Part shown: piece after piece, positions 32,201-45,300 of the stretch
Numbering within the stretch: the stretch's first letter is position 1
Layout: the number at the start of each line of letters is the position of its first letter
Assembly: GCA_051294375.1 (NCBI GenBank)
Contig: CM119266.1
Location: forward strand, 176,636-240,635
Length of the DNA stretch: 64,000 nucleotides
Direction of reading: 5' to 3'
DNA from: Paraspadella gotoi
Lineage: Eukaryota > Animalia > Chaetognatha
Made by a program: the position numbers and the translations under genes
The notes under the pieces: model-generated
What the model was told of the DNA's origin: nothing
The model's input: only the letters and a program-made list of their open reading frames with translations
The model's database searches: none

Positions 32201-34833
32201 CCCCCCCCTCCCACCAAACCAGCCCGGTTCGAGTGGGTCTATGACGACCCCGAGATCCTCGCCGACATCCTCTTCGCCACTGCCAACATCCTCAACATCG
32301 TGAGGACGACCTACATCATGCCGGCCTTCGAGTATCTCGGCCCCTTGCAGATCACCCTGGGCAGGATGATCGGGGACATCGGAAGATTTGCAGGTTGGGG
32401 GGGAGTGAGGTGGACTTGGGGGGGGGAGTAGCTGAGGGGTTTGAAGTTTTCTTTTGTAAATATAAAACAATCAAGAAAATAAGAAGCACTTTTTTTCCTA
32501 ATTTTAAAATCGTTAATCAATAAGTAATAAGTAATACGTAACTAATATTGTGAAGAATTGTTTATTCTCACGCTTAGCCAAGACGAGCATTTGATCGTAA
32601 AGGTCAATTGAACGAGTTATTAAACGAGGGGAGAGAGAGTGAAAAAGGCAACAGATTTTACAAATATCTAAATTTTTGGATGAAGCTTCTCTTCTCTGGA
32701 AAAAAGAGAAAAAAAGTCAAAAGTTTTTTTTGTGGTCTTTAGAGTTTTTAGTTGCGCCGCGAGTGCTCGCGGAGCATATCTCTAAGTCACTTTTTGGTCG
32801 ATCTGTCGGTCGGTCGGTATGTCCCACTTACGTTAAACATGCATATAATTTGCTTATAGTTGGTTGCTCATTTGTTAAGCCAAAAAAAAACAAATCTAAG
32901 GGACTGCGAGCGCCGCCTTCAGGAATTCTCATAACGAATAAAAGACAGAATTTTGATGCAATGCATGTCATATATAAATACACGGGAAAAGAAGGTTTTA
33001 TTGTCATTTCATGTCCTGTGTGAAAAGTAAAATACACGTGAAAATAAAGTCACTGCGGCGCAAAACATTGGAATTTTTCCAAAACCGAAGCTTTTTGTTT
33101 TACAATCCTTTGTCAATTAAACTAAATTTCGTTTACGCGCTTATTTCTCATTTGCATTAAGGAGTCCCTTGAACGTTTAAAATATTTTGTAAAAGTTTTT
33201 TGCTATGTTATAAAGTTAGGATGTACTTTTAAAATTTTTATTATGTATTGAGCATCTCTTTTCCAGTTTTATTCCTTCTTTTCGGCTGCGCCTTCATCGT
33301 TGGCCTGACCAATCTCCTTTGGTATTACGCCGGCAAAGTTATCTACATGCCCAAAGTTTATCCCTACAACCAGACAGAGTTCGAGAAGCAAGCCTCCGCG
33401 CCTTATTACCAAAAGTGAGCTTATGTACGAAAAATGTCAGGCTGTTAAAATATAAATAAAATGCAAAAACTATGCGATGAAACAAAAAAAATGTTTTTTT
33501 TAGTTTTTAAACTTAGATGAAAATTATATATGAATTGGAAATCGTTTCAAAGCATTGCGATGTGCTCATCATGGCCTCATGTCCCATTCCTTTGCCACAA
33601 TTATAAAAATAATAAAAATAAAAATAAAAATAAAAATAAAAATAATGAAAATAATAAAAATAATTAAATCCAAATTAAAGAGAGAGAGAGAGAGAGAGTT
33701 GGTGGTTATGACTATACCTACCTCATTAGTGAAGCTTACACTGTTTACCTCCCAATATCCTTGATAAAGTCTAATTTACAAAACCGAATAAAATAATAAA
33801 AAAATAAATTGAAATAATCTAAATTGAAAATTAAATTTAGAATATACCTCCTAGATAAAATTTGAAATCAATTACATGGTGACAATTTTACAAGCGCCGA
33901 TAGAAATACGCTGTCATTTGCAAACCAGTGGTTATTTCATTGATTTTAAAAATTAGTTAAATAGAAAATACTAAAATTATGTATTAAAATTTTGTATTAA
34001 GATATGCCCTGACAATGAGTGGAGAAAGTTAGCTTTAAAATTGGGTTTCATTTTAAAACTCACTGTTTTTAAATTCTTTTTTTTTTAACTTTTAGCACTT
34101 TTTTAAAGAAAGTATTTATTAAGATATTAACAATATTAATATCCTCAGAAAGCCTTTAAAAATATGAAGAGAATGATATACTTACAAAATCTCTTACCCA
34201 AAAATTGAGCTGCCCAACCTTGGTTCAATTAAGAGAGTCAAAAGTGAGTTATCTAAAATTTTAAATCTTTTATTAAAATATATGACCAGTTTAAATTATT
34301 AAAACATAAAATATTATTATTTATATAAGTATCATAAAAGAGCCTTAGAAAAAAAGATTTAAGATAGCCAATCACAATTTGATAAAAATCTTAAATTTAT
34401 TCTCCAGCTATTAATTTTTGGAAAGATGCCTCGTTTTTGAGTATCCTAATTAAATTACAGCTGGGCCAGTTAAATTTTATACTACAGTATTCGTAAGTAT
34501 GTCATTTTCTTTAGATTTGAAAGGGCTTTCAGAAGATAATAATATTAATATTATTTTATTTCAAATTTCTTCAGAAAACTTACTGAAAGTAAAAGAAAAA
34601 AATCAAATCTAAAAAAAATGAGTTTAAAAATTAGAAACGATTTTCAAATCCATCTTCCTGCTATCATTGCTGAGACATATCAAAGTCGATTCTGATCAAA
34701 TTTGCTTATATAAATAGTTTAGGTTTTTACTTTTTAATTCATATTTAACATTGAAAAAATCTTCATGGGTTTGCAAATGACAGCGTTTTTTTACCGGCGC
34801 ATGTAAAATTGTCACCATGTAAATGTTAATCTG

Positions 34834-34876
<43 letters not shown>

Positions 34877-35244
34877 CCCGTCGTTTGGCGTCCTGCGTCC
34901 AACTCCTTCCTCGACCACCTGCCTCCCCTCTCTCCCCCTCTTCCCCTCTTTTCCTCTCCACCCCCGTAAGCATCGCCCGCACGTTCGAGACTCTCTTCTG
35001 GCCTCTCTTCGGCGTCGGGGGCAAGGGCAGCGGGGGCGGGCCGCGGCCCATGCATACCCCGCCCTACTGGATCGCCGAGAACCGGCCTTGGGTGGGTCGG
35101 GCATTCTCGACGGGCGACTCCGTCAAGTGGATCGCCCGGTGGGCAGAGACGATGACGGGATTCTATTACCTCATCATGATCATCATTCTCATCAACATGC
35201 TCATCGCGATGATGAGCCACTCCTTTAACAGCGTGCAGGTGGGA

Positions 35245-35307
<63 letters not shown>

Positions 35308-35601
35308 TTCACCGGTCCTACACAGATAAGTAAAAGAGACGAATATTGCAAAAATGAAACGATTTCATTTATTTTTATAAGTTCTGATAAATTTTAATAT
35401 TAATAATTTTAAAGGCGAAAAAGTAAGAATCAAAAATCCGTTTTCTTTTTCTTTCTTTTTTTGTTGCGCATAGTTTTTACGTTTGTAAAAAGTCAGCGTT
35501 GGTTTTTATGAAATAGAAACAGTTGGTTTAAACATTTAAGGATTATGAAATTGTTTTTTCCTATTTACTTCCTTTGGGCTTTCTTTGTCGCTTGCTTGCT
35601 C

Positions 35602-35677
<76 letters not shown>

Positions 35678-37403
35678 TCTGTCTCTCTCCGAAAAGCATC
35701 CTAAAAACCTTCGGCGTCCTCTTCTGGTCCCTCTTCGGAATGCTCAAGTCTTCCCAGCGCGAGATCCGTCGCCCGCCGACTCAGAGGGTCGAAAACGACC
35801 CCTGGGGCACGGCCAAGGACTCCGCGCTGGGGGAGTCGATGATCTCGGGGGCGCTGGAGATCATGTTGGGGGTGTTCCACCTCATGATGCTCATCATTCT
35901 CCTCAACATGTTGATCGCGATGATGAGCACATCCTTCAACGACATTCAGGTAAGATCTCGAGGGCTGCGTGGGACGATGAGCCCTGGAAAGGGGGTTGAC
36001 CGGCGATTGTTTAAATTGACGAAATTATTCCAATTGTTTTATATCAATGAAATATTTTTCATAAGTGGCAGATTTCCTCTTCTTCCTCTTATTGAATTTT
36101 AATTTCGTAATAATTAAGGTTTTGATTCTTACTTTTTTACGTCTGCTACTATAGTTTATATATATAGTTTTATATTGAGGCGACTTACCACCGGTCTCTC
36201 TCTCTAAACCCTTCCTCTCTCCTCTTTCTCCGAGCCAGTCTATCCACACGGTCACTTTGCCCCAGCTTTGGCAATGACCTTAGATTGACCGGACACATTA
36301 ATAGGGCTGGGGCGATCGTCAGATCAAGTTGGTCCGGGCGATGATAAAAGTGGATCAGGAGGGAGCTCGTCTCACTTCTTTTCTACTTCTCTTATATCGT
36401 CACAATTCTTCACCTTCTCCTCACGGTGCAGGCTTGATATTGATTCGAGTGAGCTTCTTTGTGACGTCGTCGTCAGCGGCGTCACGAATTTCTGTATAAA
36501 AACTACTATGGTTTTATAGTTTTGGCTGGGACTTACCGTTTTTTTTTTTTTTAATTATTATGAATTATGATGAAGTTTTATAAAAGTGTGCGATCATAAT
36601 AGGTTAAATTTTTAGATATGGCTTCTCATCTTGAAATAGTTTTAAAATTTTCATATTACATTTGGATGCAAGTATTTTTTGTTTGAATTTCTACTTCAGT
36701 ATAATTTACTGCAATATGCAAATGAGATTATAGTACTCAATAATCAATATAATATCCAAATTATTATATAAAAATGCTTTAATCTAATTTACATATTTTA
36801 GTAAATAATATTGATGAAATTCATAAAAAAATCTTTGAATCAATAGAAAACATGTGAAATCAAAAAACCTTTTTAATGAGAAGCTATATCTTAATTTTAA
36901 TACAAATAAAAATAAAATCTTTTACAAGCTATGATTGGAAAAAATTGTAACAATTTCTAATTGTAAACAATTGTAACATTTTTTTCTTTCTTTTATTTTT
37001 TTAAATTATATAAATATTTTTTTTATTTTTTTTGTCAGTTTTGAAATCTTGAAATCTTTTGAAATCTTTGAAAATGAAAAAAAATATATTTTTGTCAATT
37101 GCTGCCTTTTATGAACCCTTTAAAAACGAGTTCATGCTCTGCAGTGACTGTACAGCTGCCTTCCAGCGGCTGTTCAGCCTTCTATCTCTCTTTCTCTCTC
37201 TGTCTCTGTCTGTCTCTCTCTGTCTCTCTCTGTCTCTATCTCTCTCTCTCTCTCTGTACGATCTCTTGCATGATCGTTTTTTGAAAATTTTTTATTATTT
37301 TTTTCCTTTTAAAAACTTTTATTATCGCCATTTATTCCGCGCTTTTTTCTCAATGCAAAATCCCAAATTTACATCCGAGATTTTTGTGGATTTATTCTTT
37401 CTT

Positions 37404-37435
<32 letters not shown>

Positions 37436-40400
37436 ACTCATACACGCATTTGTTTGTTTTATTTATGATGAATAATTCATTGGGTCAATGAACTATCATC
37501 GCATCAATGAATGACTATCATCGTATCTATGAATAATTATCATCACATCAATGAATGACTATCATTGCATCAATCATTTGGTTATTATCACATCAATTAT
37601 TTGGTTAACATCACGTCGATCATTTGGTTATCATCACATCAATTATTGGTTATCATCGCATCAATATTTGGTTATCATCGCATCAATCCTATGGTTATCA
37701 TCGCATCAATATTTGGTTATCATTGAAGGTAGGCTCGATCCTATTCTTTTAAGATTTTTCATCTTCTACATTTGATCACGAAAAATAGTAATAGTGAGGA
37801 GAAGGTGAAGAATTGTGACGATATAAGAGAAGTAGAAAAGAAGTGAGACGAGCTCTCTCCTGATCCACTTTTATCATCGCCCGGACCAACTAGATCTGAC
37901 GGTCGCCCCGGCCCTATTACTGTGTCCGGTCAATCTAAGGTAATTGCCAAAGCTAGGGCAAAGTGACCGTGTGGATAGACTGGCTCGGAGAAAGAGGAGA
38001 GAGGAAGGGTTTAGAGAGAGAGACTGGTGGTAAGTCGCCTCATACAAATTATTTTCAATCACTAAATTAACTTAGTCGATAATGAATCTGTCCACAGCGT
38101 TTGTTGTGCTGCGCATCACAGCTTCAAATTCCCACTCTTCCTCCAGGAACACTCTGACATCGAGTGGAAATTCTCGCGGACGAAGTTGTGGCTCTCCTAC
38201 ATCTCCTCCAACGCCAACATCCTTCCCGTGCCTTTCAACATCCTGCTCGTCATCCGAAGCGTGCTCCAAGCCTTCGGCCGGGCGCTGCTTTCCTTCTGCG
38301 CCCTCGTGAAAGAGAGGGTGAGTAATAATGCTATTTAATACTATTTTAAGAGAGAGGTTGTGATCTTCTAGACTGGGTCTAACTTAACCATCCGTCCTAC
38401 TAAAAAGAGAAAAAAAAATTCTCTCCCTTTTGACTGCTGAGTTTTGTCTTTCCGAAAAATATAAATTTCTTTTTTTACTTTATTTACGTAATTACAGGCA
38501 TTTAGAAAGGACAAAAAATGTCCGTAAACAATCAAATAATGCAAGTAAAAGAACAAAATTTACAGACGGGCAATCCAGTAAATTTGAGCGAGCACAGAAT
38601 AAGAAGCATGTAAAGTTTTTTAATATCATTCTCATATTGCGGTTTAAATTTTTAATATTTGTTAAAAACTTTTAATCGTTTATTTGAGCTAATTAATACC
38701 TCTGTATAGTAGTGAATGCATTAATGGAATATGCCGACAAACAGTGAGCAATAGCAAAAAAAAAAAATGCTTTCGTACTGGCCGAAACGTAAATCAAAAC
38801 CGAAAAAAAATCATACTTGAAATTGTCGCGCATACTTTCACTCTCAGTCTAAACATTTAGCAGCCATAATAAAATGAGCGCCATTCCGGCGGCCGTCTTA
38901 GAAATCGACTTCACTCCAGGGCCGGCGCCCCCGCCGCCACCTTCCTCGCCGCCGCGACCACCGGGCACAGAAGGCTTCTCTAAGCCCGGTGGGCCCAGTT
39001 TCGGCCAGTCTCGTCCATAGGCCAATTTTGCTAAGAAATGCGGCCTAAATCTTGCCAGGAAATCGGCGTCGATGGGATGCGTTGTGTTGGGAGCGAGGAT
39101 GATGCGCGTGCGCTGTAAATTTAAAGAAAAATAAGGAACGGTTATTTCAAGGAGTTGCGCTGCATTACTTTTCTTTTTACTTATAAGATTTCTTTAAAAA
39201 CAAAAGGCGGTGCCAGTAGTTGCTTAGATTTTATTTTTAACAAATGAGCAACAAACTATAGGCAAGTTATAAGCATTTTTAACGGACAGATATACCAATG
39301 GACTGACATACCAACGGACCGACCGACAGAAAAGTGACCTATAGAGTTGCTCCGCGAGTACTCGCGGCGCAACTAAAAATAATTAGAACTAGAAAGATCG
39401 CGAATTACAAGTAGCCACGTTGCCTTAGGATGTGCCAACAAATTTCAAAAGAGAGAGACCGGTAGTAAGTCGCCTCAATAGCTCCATTTACATCAAGCAC
39501 AATACGGGTGGGCATAAAAAAGGATGTTTGCCGCAATCCCCATCAAAATCGGTTTAACACCCTTAGTGGTACCCTCGCTTAAAGGATTTCTGGCACACCT
39601 TTGACTAGATCATTGATTGACTCAATGATATAATGATTTAATCGTCCACTAAAATTAATTAGTTAAAGTACTCATTCAAGATTATGTCATATCAATTTGA
39701 AAGGCTAGCTACATCCAGAACCTTCACAACAACCTCCACAGCATGCTGGAGGATGTGGAGCAGCCTGCTTTATTCCATAATTCTCTAAAATTCTAATTCT
39801 AAAATTCTCTAATTTCAGGGTAGAATCTTTCTCTTTGGTATAGTTACATAGCTAATAAAAGCCTTTAAATAAATCAAGTTCCCGTATAAAGACCTTCGTC
39901 AATCGTCATGCTCCCACCTCGCTCCCCCACCCTTACTCCCCCCCCATCCTTACTCACGTTCAACTCGAACTCCAACCGCATCAACTTTTCCTTCCCCCGG
40001 ATGTAATTGCGCACCACGTCGTCTCTCGTGACGTTGAACCGGAACCGCTTGACCACCTCAATCCGCAACGGGTCTCGACCGACGGTGAGGCTTTCGAAAT
40101 AAACTTCGGTCTCGTTGACGAGAAAGTAGGTGGCGTTGGCGTAGACGACGTCTTCGGGTCGACGGGGGGAAATTTGGTAGAGGACGTCGGACATGTTGGT
40201 CAAGTCGCGGAATTCCACGTCGCCGTTTCCGAGTTCGACTGTGAGCGCGATGAGTCTTAAGCCTTCGTTGCCTCGATCTGAGCTGGTTGGGGCGCCGTTT
40301 TCGCTGCCTGCATTTTCATTATCTCCATTTCCATTACCTCCATTTCCATTATCTCTATTTCCAGTACCTCCATTTCCATTTCCTCCACCATCATTTCCAT

Positions 40401-42275
40401 CTCCTGTTCCATCTCCATTTCCGTCTCCGCTTCCATTTCCAGTGCCGTTTCCATCTCCCCCGCCATTATCCATTCCACTTCCCCCGCCACCGGCGCCACC
40501 GTACTGCGTCCAAACCGTCCGCGCGCCCAAAATCTTTTCCGGCTTCACTATTTCGTCGCCGATTTGCAGCCGATCGAAGACGACGCCGGGCGCCGTCCGG
40601 TTCGCCTTCCACTCCTCGACGAACTCGCGCCGGAAGAAGGCGCCGAAACTAACGTTGGCGCGGGACAAAGCCGCGGCGTCGCGGGGAACCGGCACCAGGT
40701 CGTCGCCGATTACCCAGAGCTCCGAAAGTCGAGTGGCGTTGGCGGTGGCGCGATCAGTGGCGTTGGTAAAGAGTTTTTTCGAAGTCGTGACGTTGGCCGT
40801 GCCTTTTTTCATGGTCCGCGTGACGTTGAAAGTGACGTTGGCGCCTGAGAGAATGAGCGCCTCGACGAAACCCGGCGTGGATTCGAGGCTGAAGGAGCCG
40901 ACGTCGTCGACGGTGACGTCGGTGGAGTTGAGTTTGAGGAAGTTGAGTCCGACTTGAGTCTCGTTCAATACGATCGTCGAATTGAGGGGAAGGCGCCATC
41001 TGGAATAGAACGGTTTGGAGTTGCTATTTTGTTTATAGTAAACATGTCTATTAAGCCTTAGCCTCGGTTTTTTTGTTTGTTTTTTTTTGTTTTTTTTTTT
41101 GCATTTCATGTAGTTTAATGTATAATGAATATTTATTATTATTACTGCAGTTTTAAATAGCAGCTAGAAAGCATCGTTCAAATAAACCTAAACTATGTTT
41201 ACAAATATTAACCAATTTCATTCCAATTATCGCAATGGGTTTGTTGCATCAAAACTTCATGATAATACTAAAAAGAAAAGGACATTTATTTAATGCAAAC
41301 ACGCCAAATCTATTTATCTATATTCAAGTATATCATCCAGGAGTGAATCAATTCTTTAACATTCTCACCCGGTTCCATCACTCTTCCATCCTCCATCCCA
41401 ACTGGCGAATTTGTATTTCAGCCTCGAGAGATTTCGACCCAAGAAAGTTTCCTTAATTCCGCCCTCATTCTTCACCGTCGCCCGCAACAGCTCGTAAGTG
41501 GGTCCCCCGCTTCCCCGACAAGCCGATTCGATCCAGCGATACTCGACGATCCTCTCCGGAGGAATCTTCTTCTCGTCCACCTTCAAATCCGTCAAGCGGA
41601 ACTTCTCGAAACCGAAGCTCCTCGCCGTCCGGTTTCGCTCCCACCCTCGACGAAACTCCGCCGAGAAATTGACGCCGAAGCCGACGTCCATTCCGCCAAG
41701 ATCATCGGCGTTGTAGGCGGTGACGACGGAGTTGTCGACGCCCTCCGCCCGGATCGACGTCAACGAGGAGGCGTTGAAACGGCGCCGCTCGTCGGCGAAG
41801 ATGGATTCGACCTCACAGGCGCTCAAGTTGGCCGTAAAGTTGTGGATCTTGCAAGAGCAGAAGGCGAGGCCGGTAATGTTCACGTTGGTCAAATTGGCGC
41901 TGGTTTCGTTGAATAGTATCGGAGCGAAGACGGTCGAGTGGCTCGTCGAGGGCGGCGTCGTTATATTCGGCGCCGTTTTGTACGTGACCCTGGAGAGATC
42001 GGCGTCCTCGATGACCTCCCCGCCGCCGGCCTTCTTCATCTCCAACCGGGTCAACCTGAAGCGATCGAGTCCCTCGTGACATCCGGTTTCGTAGAATCGA
42101 GCGGCGACGACATCGTTGGTGACGTTGACGCCGTCGACGAAGACGTCGGAGGCGCGTACGGCGGTGGTGGAGTGGTGGAGGACGCGGTGGCGCCACCTGT
42201 CGTAGGTGGCTTTGTTGAGTTGGACGGAGAAGTCGACTGAGGAAGTCTGGCGGAAGAGTAAAAAGGAAAGAATAC

Positions 42276-42353
<78 letters not shown>

Positions 42354-45300
42354 CATTATTATTATTATTATTATTATTATTGATAATTTAATTATAAATC
42401 CAGTTTAACCTAATCTTTTTGCGTAATTTGAAACATAATAGCCATTTGCTAAAGCCTTTCTGCATTTATTTCATAAAATCGCGTGAAAATTAAGCTCTAA
42501 AGAACATCATTGAAACACACCAAGTAAAGAAATGAAACAAACAAAACTAACAAACAAATTAAAAAAAAACAAAGAAGAAACAAAACAATTTATTCTCTTC
42601 CCCCCAAACTAATCTCTCCACCTTGAGAGCCTCGGCATCGAGACTCGTCTTCGTCCCGGTCGCGCCATCTTTGTAGTACGTCAGCGACGTCAACTTCCCG
42701 TTTGACGTCACATGCCTCTCGTTCAACGCCAACGTCTCCATCTCGCATCTCGTCGAGTTCACGACGAACTTATCGATGTTTGACGACTGGATCTGCTCCC
42801 CGTTACGTAATAGAAAGACGATGGAGGAGTTAGTGTCGTCCAATCGGACCGGATACCGGTGGGCGTGGTTGGAGGTGGAAGAGTGATCGTCGTGGGAGAT
42901 CGTCGATCGAGCGATGAAGATGACGACGACGACAACGACGAAAATTTTTGACATTTTTTTTCTTTTTAAAATTATTTTTACTTTATATTAAACTTATTGC
43001 TTTATGCATAATTATCTCTTTTTAAAAGTTTTAATGAAATGCTCTTCTTCAAAAGACGCGTTTCTTTTCCAATTAAAAACTCCGCAACCCGGGACGGTAC
43101 ACCTGACCCGATGGTAAGGAATTCGAGACCTTCTTCGACCAATCACGTCGCAGAAAGTAGAAAAACCATTCAATCAGAAACCCGATACGTAATTATATGA
43201 TTTTTTTTGGAGAAGTCCGGGGGGATGACAATTTTTAAAACCGGTTTTTCTCTTAAATTTTAATTCTCCGCGATTATTTTCTTTTCCTCTTTAAAAAATA
43301 AGTCGATCTCATGTGATTTTTGGTTCATAATATCAGTTATTAATAATGACGAGCGGAAAGGACATTTCGAGGAAAAAAGAAGATGAAAAAAAAAGAATAA
43401 GAAAAGAAAAGAAAAAAACGAGACGTGATCGATAGAATCGCGCCTATCGATTCGCTGAGCGCGTTAGAGGTAAGCTTGTTTATCAACATGTTAAAGCTAA
43501 GCTTGTTTATCAACATGTTAAAGCTAAGCTTGTTTATCAACATGTTAAAGCTAAGCTTGTTTATCAACATGTTTTTAATAACGTCGACGAGCGTCGCACA
43601 GCATTATAATCCGCTTCCGAATTTCAAATCGCTGCATAATTATGTTTGAGCAAATGTTTCCATCAATTATTTTGTTTCTCGTCCTGGAAATTATGGCCGC
43701 AGCTGCACAGAGACTAATAATTTTTCAAATCAATAAAGAACTAAGTAAAGGTGCTGGGTCCTTCTCAGAGAGCCCAATCTTTTCTCTTTCATCTATCGAT
43801 TTTTTCCCCGAAATTAGAAAGGAATCCGGAGAAAGGAAATGAACAGGAAAAAGCTAATCCGAAAGCTAAGAAGCTTTTTAGAAAGAAGGTAGATACTGGT
43901 AAAGGTGAATATTAAACACAGACCCAACACAAAGTTCTAATATTGAGCGGTTTAATGTTTGAAGAGATTTTCTTATTTCTAACAAAGTTTATACTCTATG
44001 GAATCTAATTATGGAACGTCACTGTAGACGGTGTTGGATCTCAGGTTCAGTCCAATATTAACTTTCGTGACATCAACCTTGACTTTTTTTTAACAGCGCA
44101 CGAGGTTAGGCCTTAGGTTTATCCTGAAAGAGAGGAGTAATGAACGGAGAGAATGTGATAAATATAAAAATAAGTCTACGCAGGACATTTAGTTTAAAAG
44201 TAAAAACTATAAATATAAATCATAAAAAAGGAAAGATCGGAAAAAACAGAAAATAGTATCGACTATTGAAAAAAAAAATTGTCAAAATAAGAAAGAAAAA
44301 AATAAATAAAGAGAAAGAAGATAAGAATCAGCGGGAAACTATCGAACTGAAATACGAATTCTGAAATAAAGCCGTGATCGATATCAATTTCTACCACTGA
44401 CCTGACCTATACCTGACCTTGACCTGACCTAGAGCCGACCTCGTCCCACTCTGCCTCACCTTTTCTCACCCCCCCCCACTCCTACTCCCCTCCTCACCTC
44501 CGCGGATCAAAGCCAAACTTTCTACGTCGAATCGTCAAGAGAGAAAATGGCGGGGATTTCACGACGGAGTTGAGCTATTTTTAGAACAAAGGTCGCGTGG
44601 GTTCCTTTCTCAGACATGATACCAACTAGGGTTCCGTTAACCGTTAATTTTTGAGGAACTTCGCTTAACCGTTAAAACTAACGTTTTTAACGGTTAACCG
44701 TTAAAATCGGTTAATTTTATAATTTAATTTTAAATTTAAAATATTAATATTCGAAACTAACTAAAGCATTTAATGGTATTTTCTCCTTAACTCCGGCTAC
44801 TGAATTGTCTTTATCTTTTATTTCAGATAGATGAGGTACACATTATAGTTGATAAATGAGAAAATTGGTTTGAAAAAACAGCATTATAATAAATTTTTCT
44901 TTTGCCTCATAGCATAATAAAAATATGAAAAAAGACAATGAAAGAAAAAGCACAATGTAATTTTAATTCTGTATATTTTGTTTTCTCTTTCTCTCTTTTT
45001 CTTTCGTTTTCGCTTTTTCTTTTTTTATTTCTCTTCCTCATTATTTTTATAGTTGTTAGTTGTTAGTCTTTCATAAACCATGACCATAAATATAAATATA
45101 ATTATGAATATTGTGTTAAGACTTTCTTTTCGTTGCGTTTATAGTTAAGTGAAAGTAAAGTTTATTTGTTTACAAACAACGGGTTTTTATTTAAAAAAAA
45201 GGACATGTTTCGACTCTCACGCGCTGATGTAGACTCGGAAAAACTATTAGCAAAATAGAATATTATTGCATGTAAAAATTTGATTTGCAAAAAAATATAT

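Noticed and set aside
34000-34690. Degenerate palindrome upstream of pore exon A (similar ones at ~32003-32177 and ~58100-58490)
   Set aside because: Look like old MITE remnants, too diverged to define ends or argue a function.
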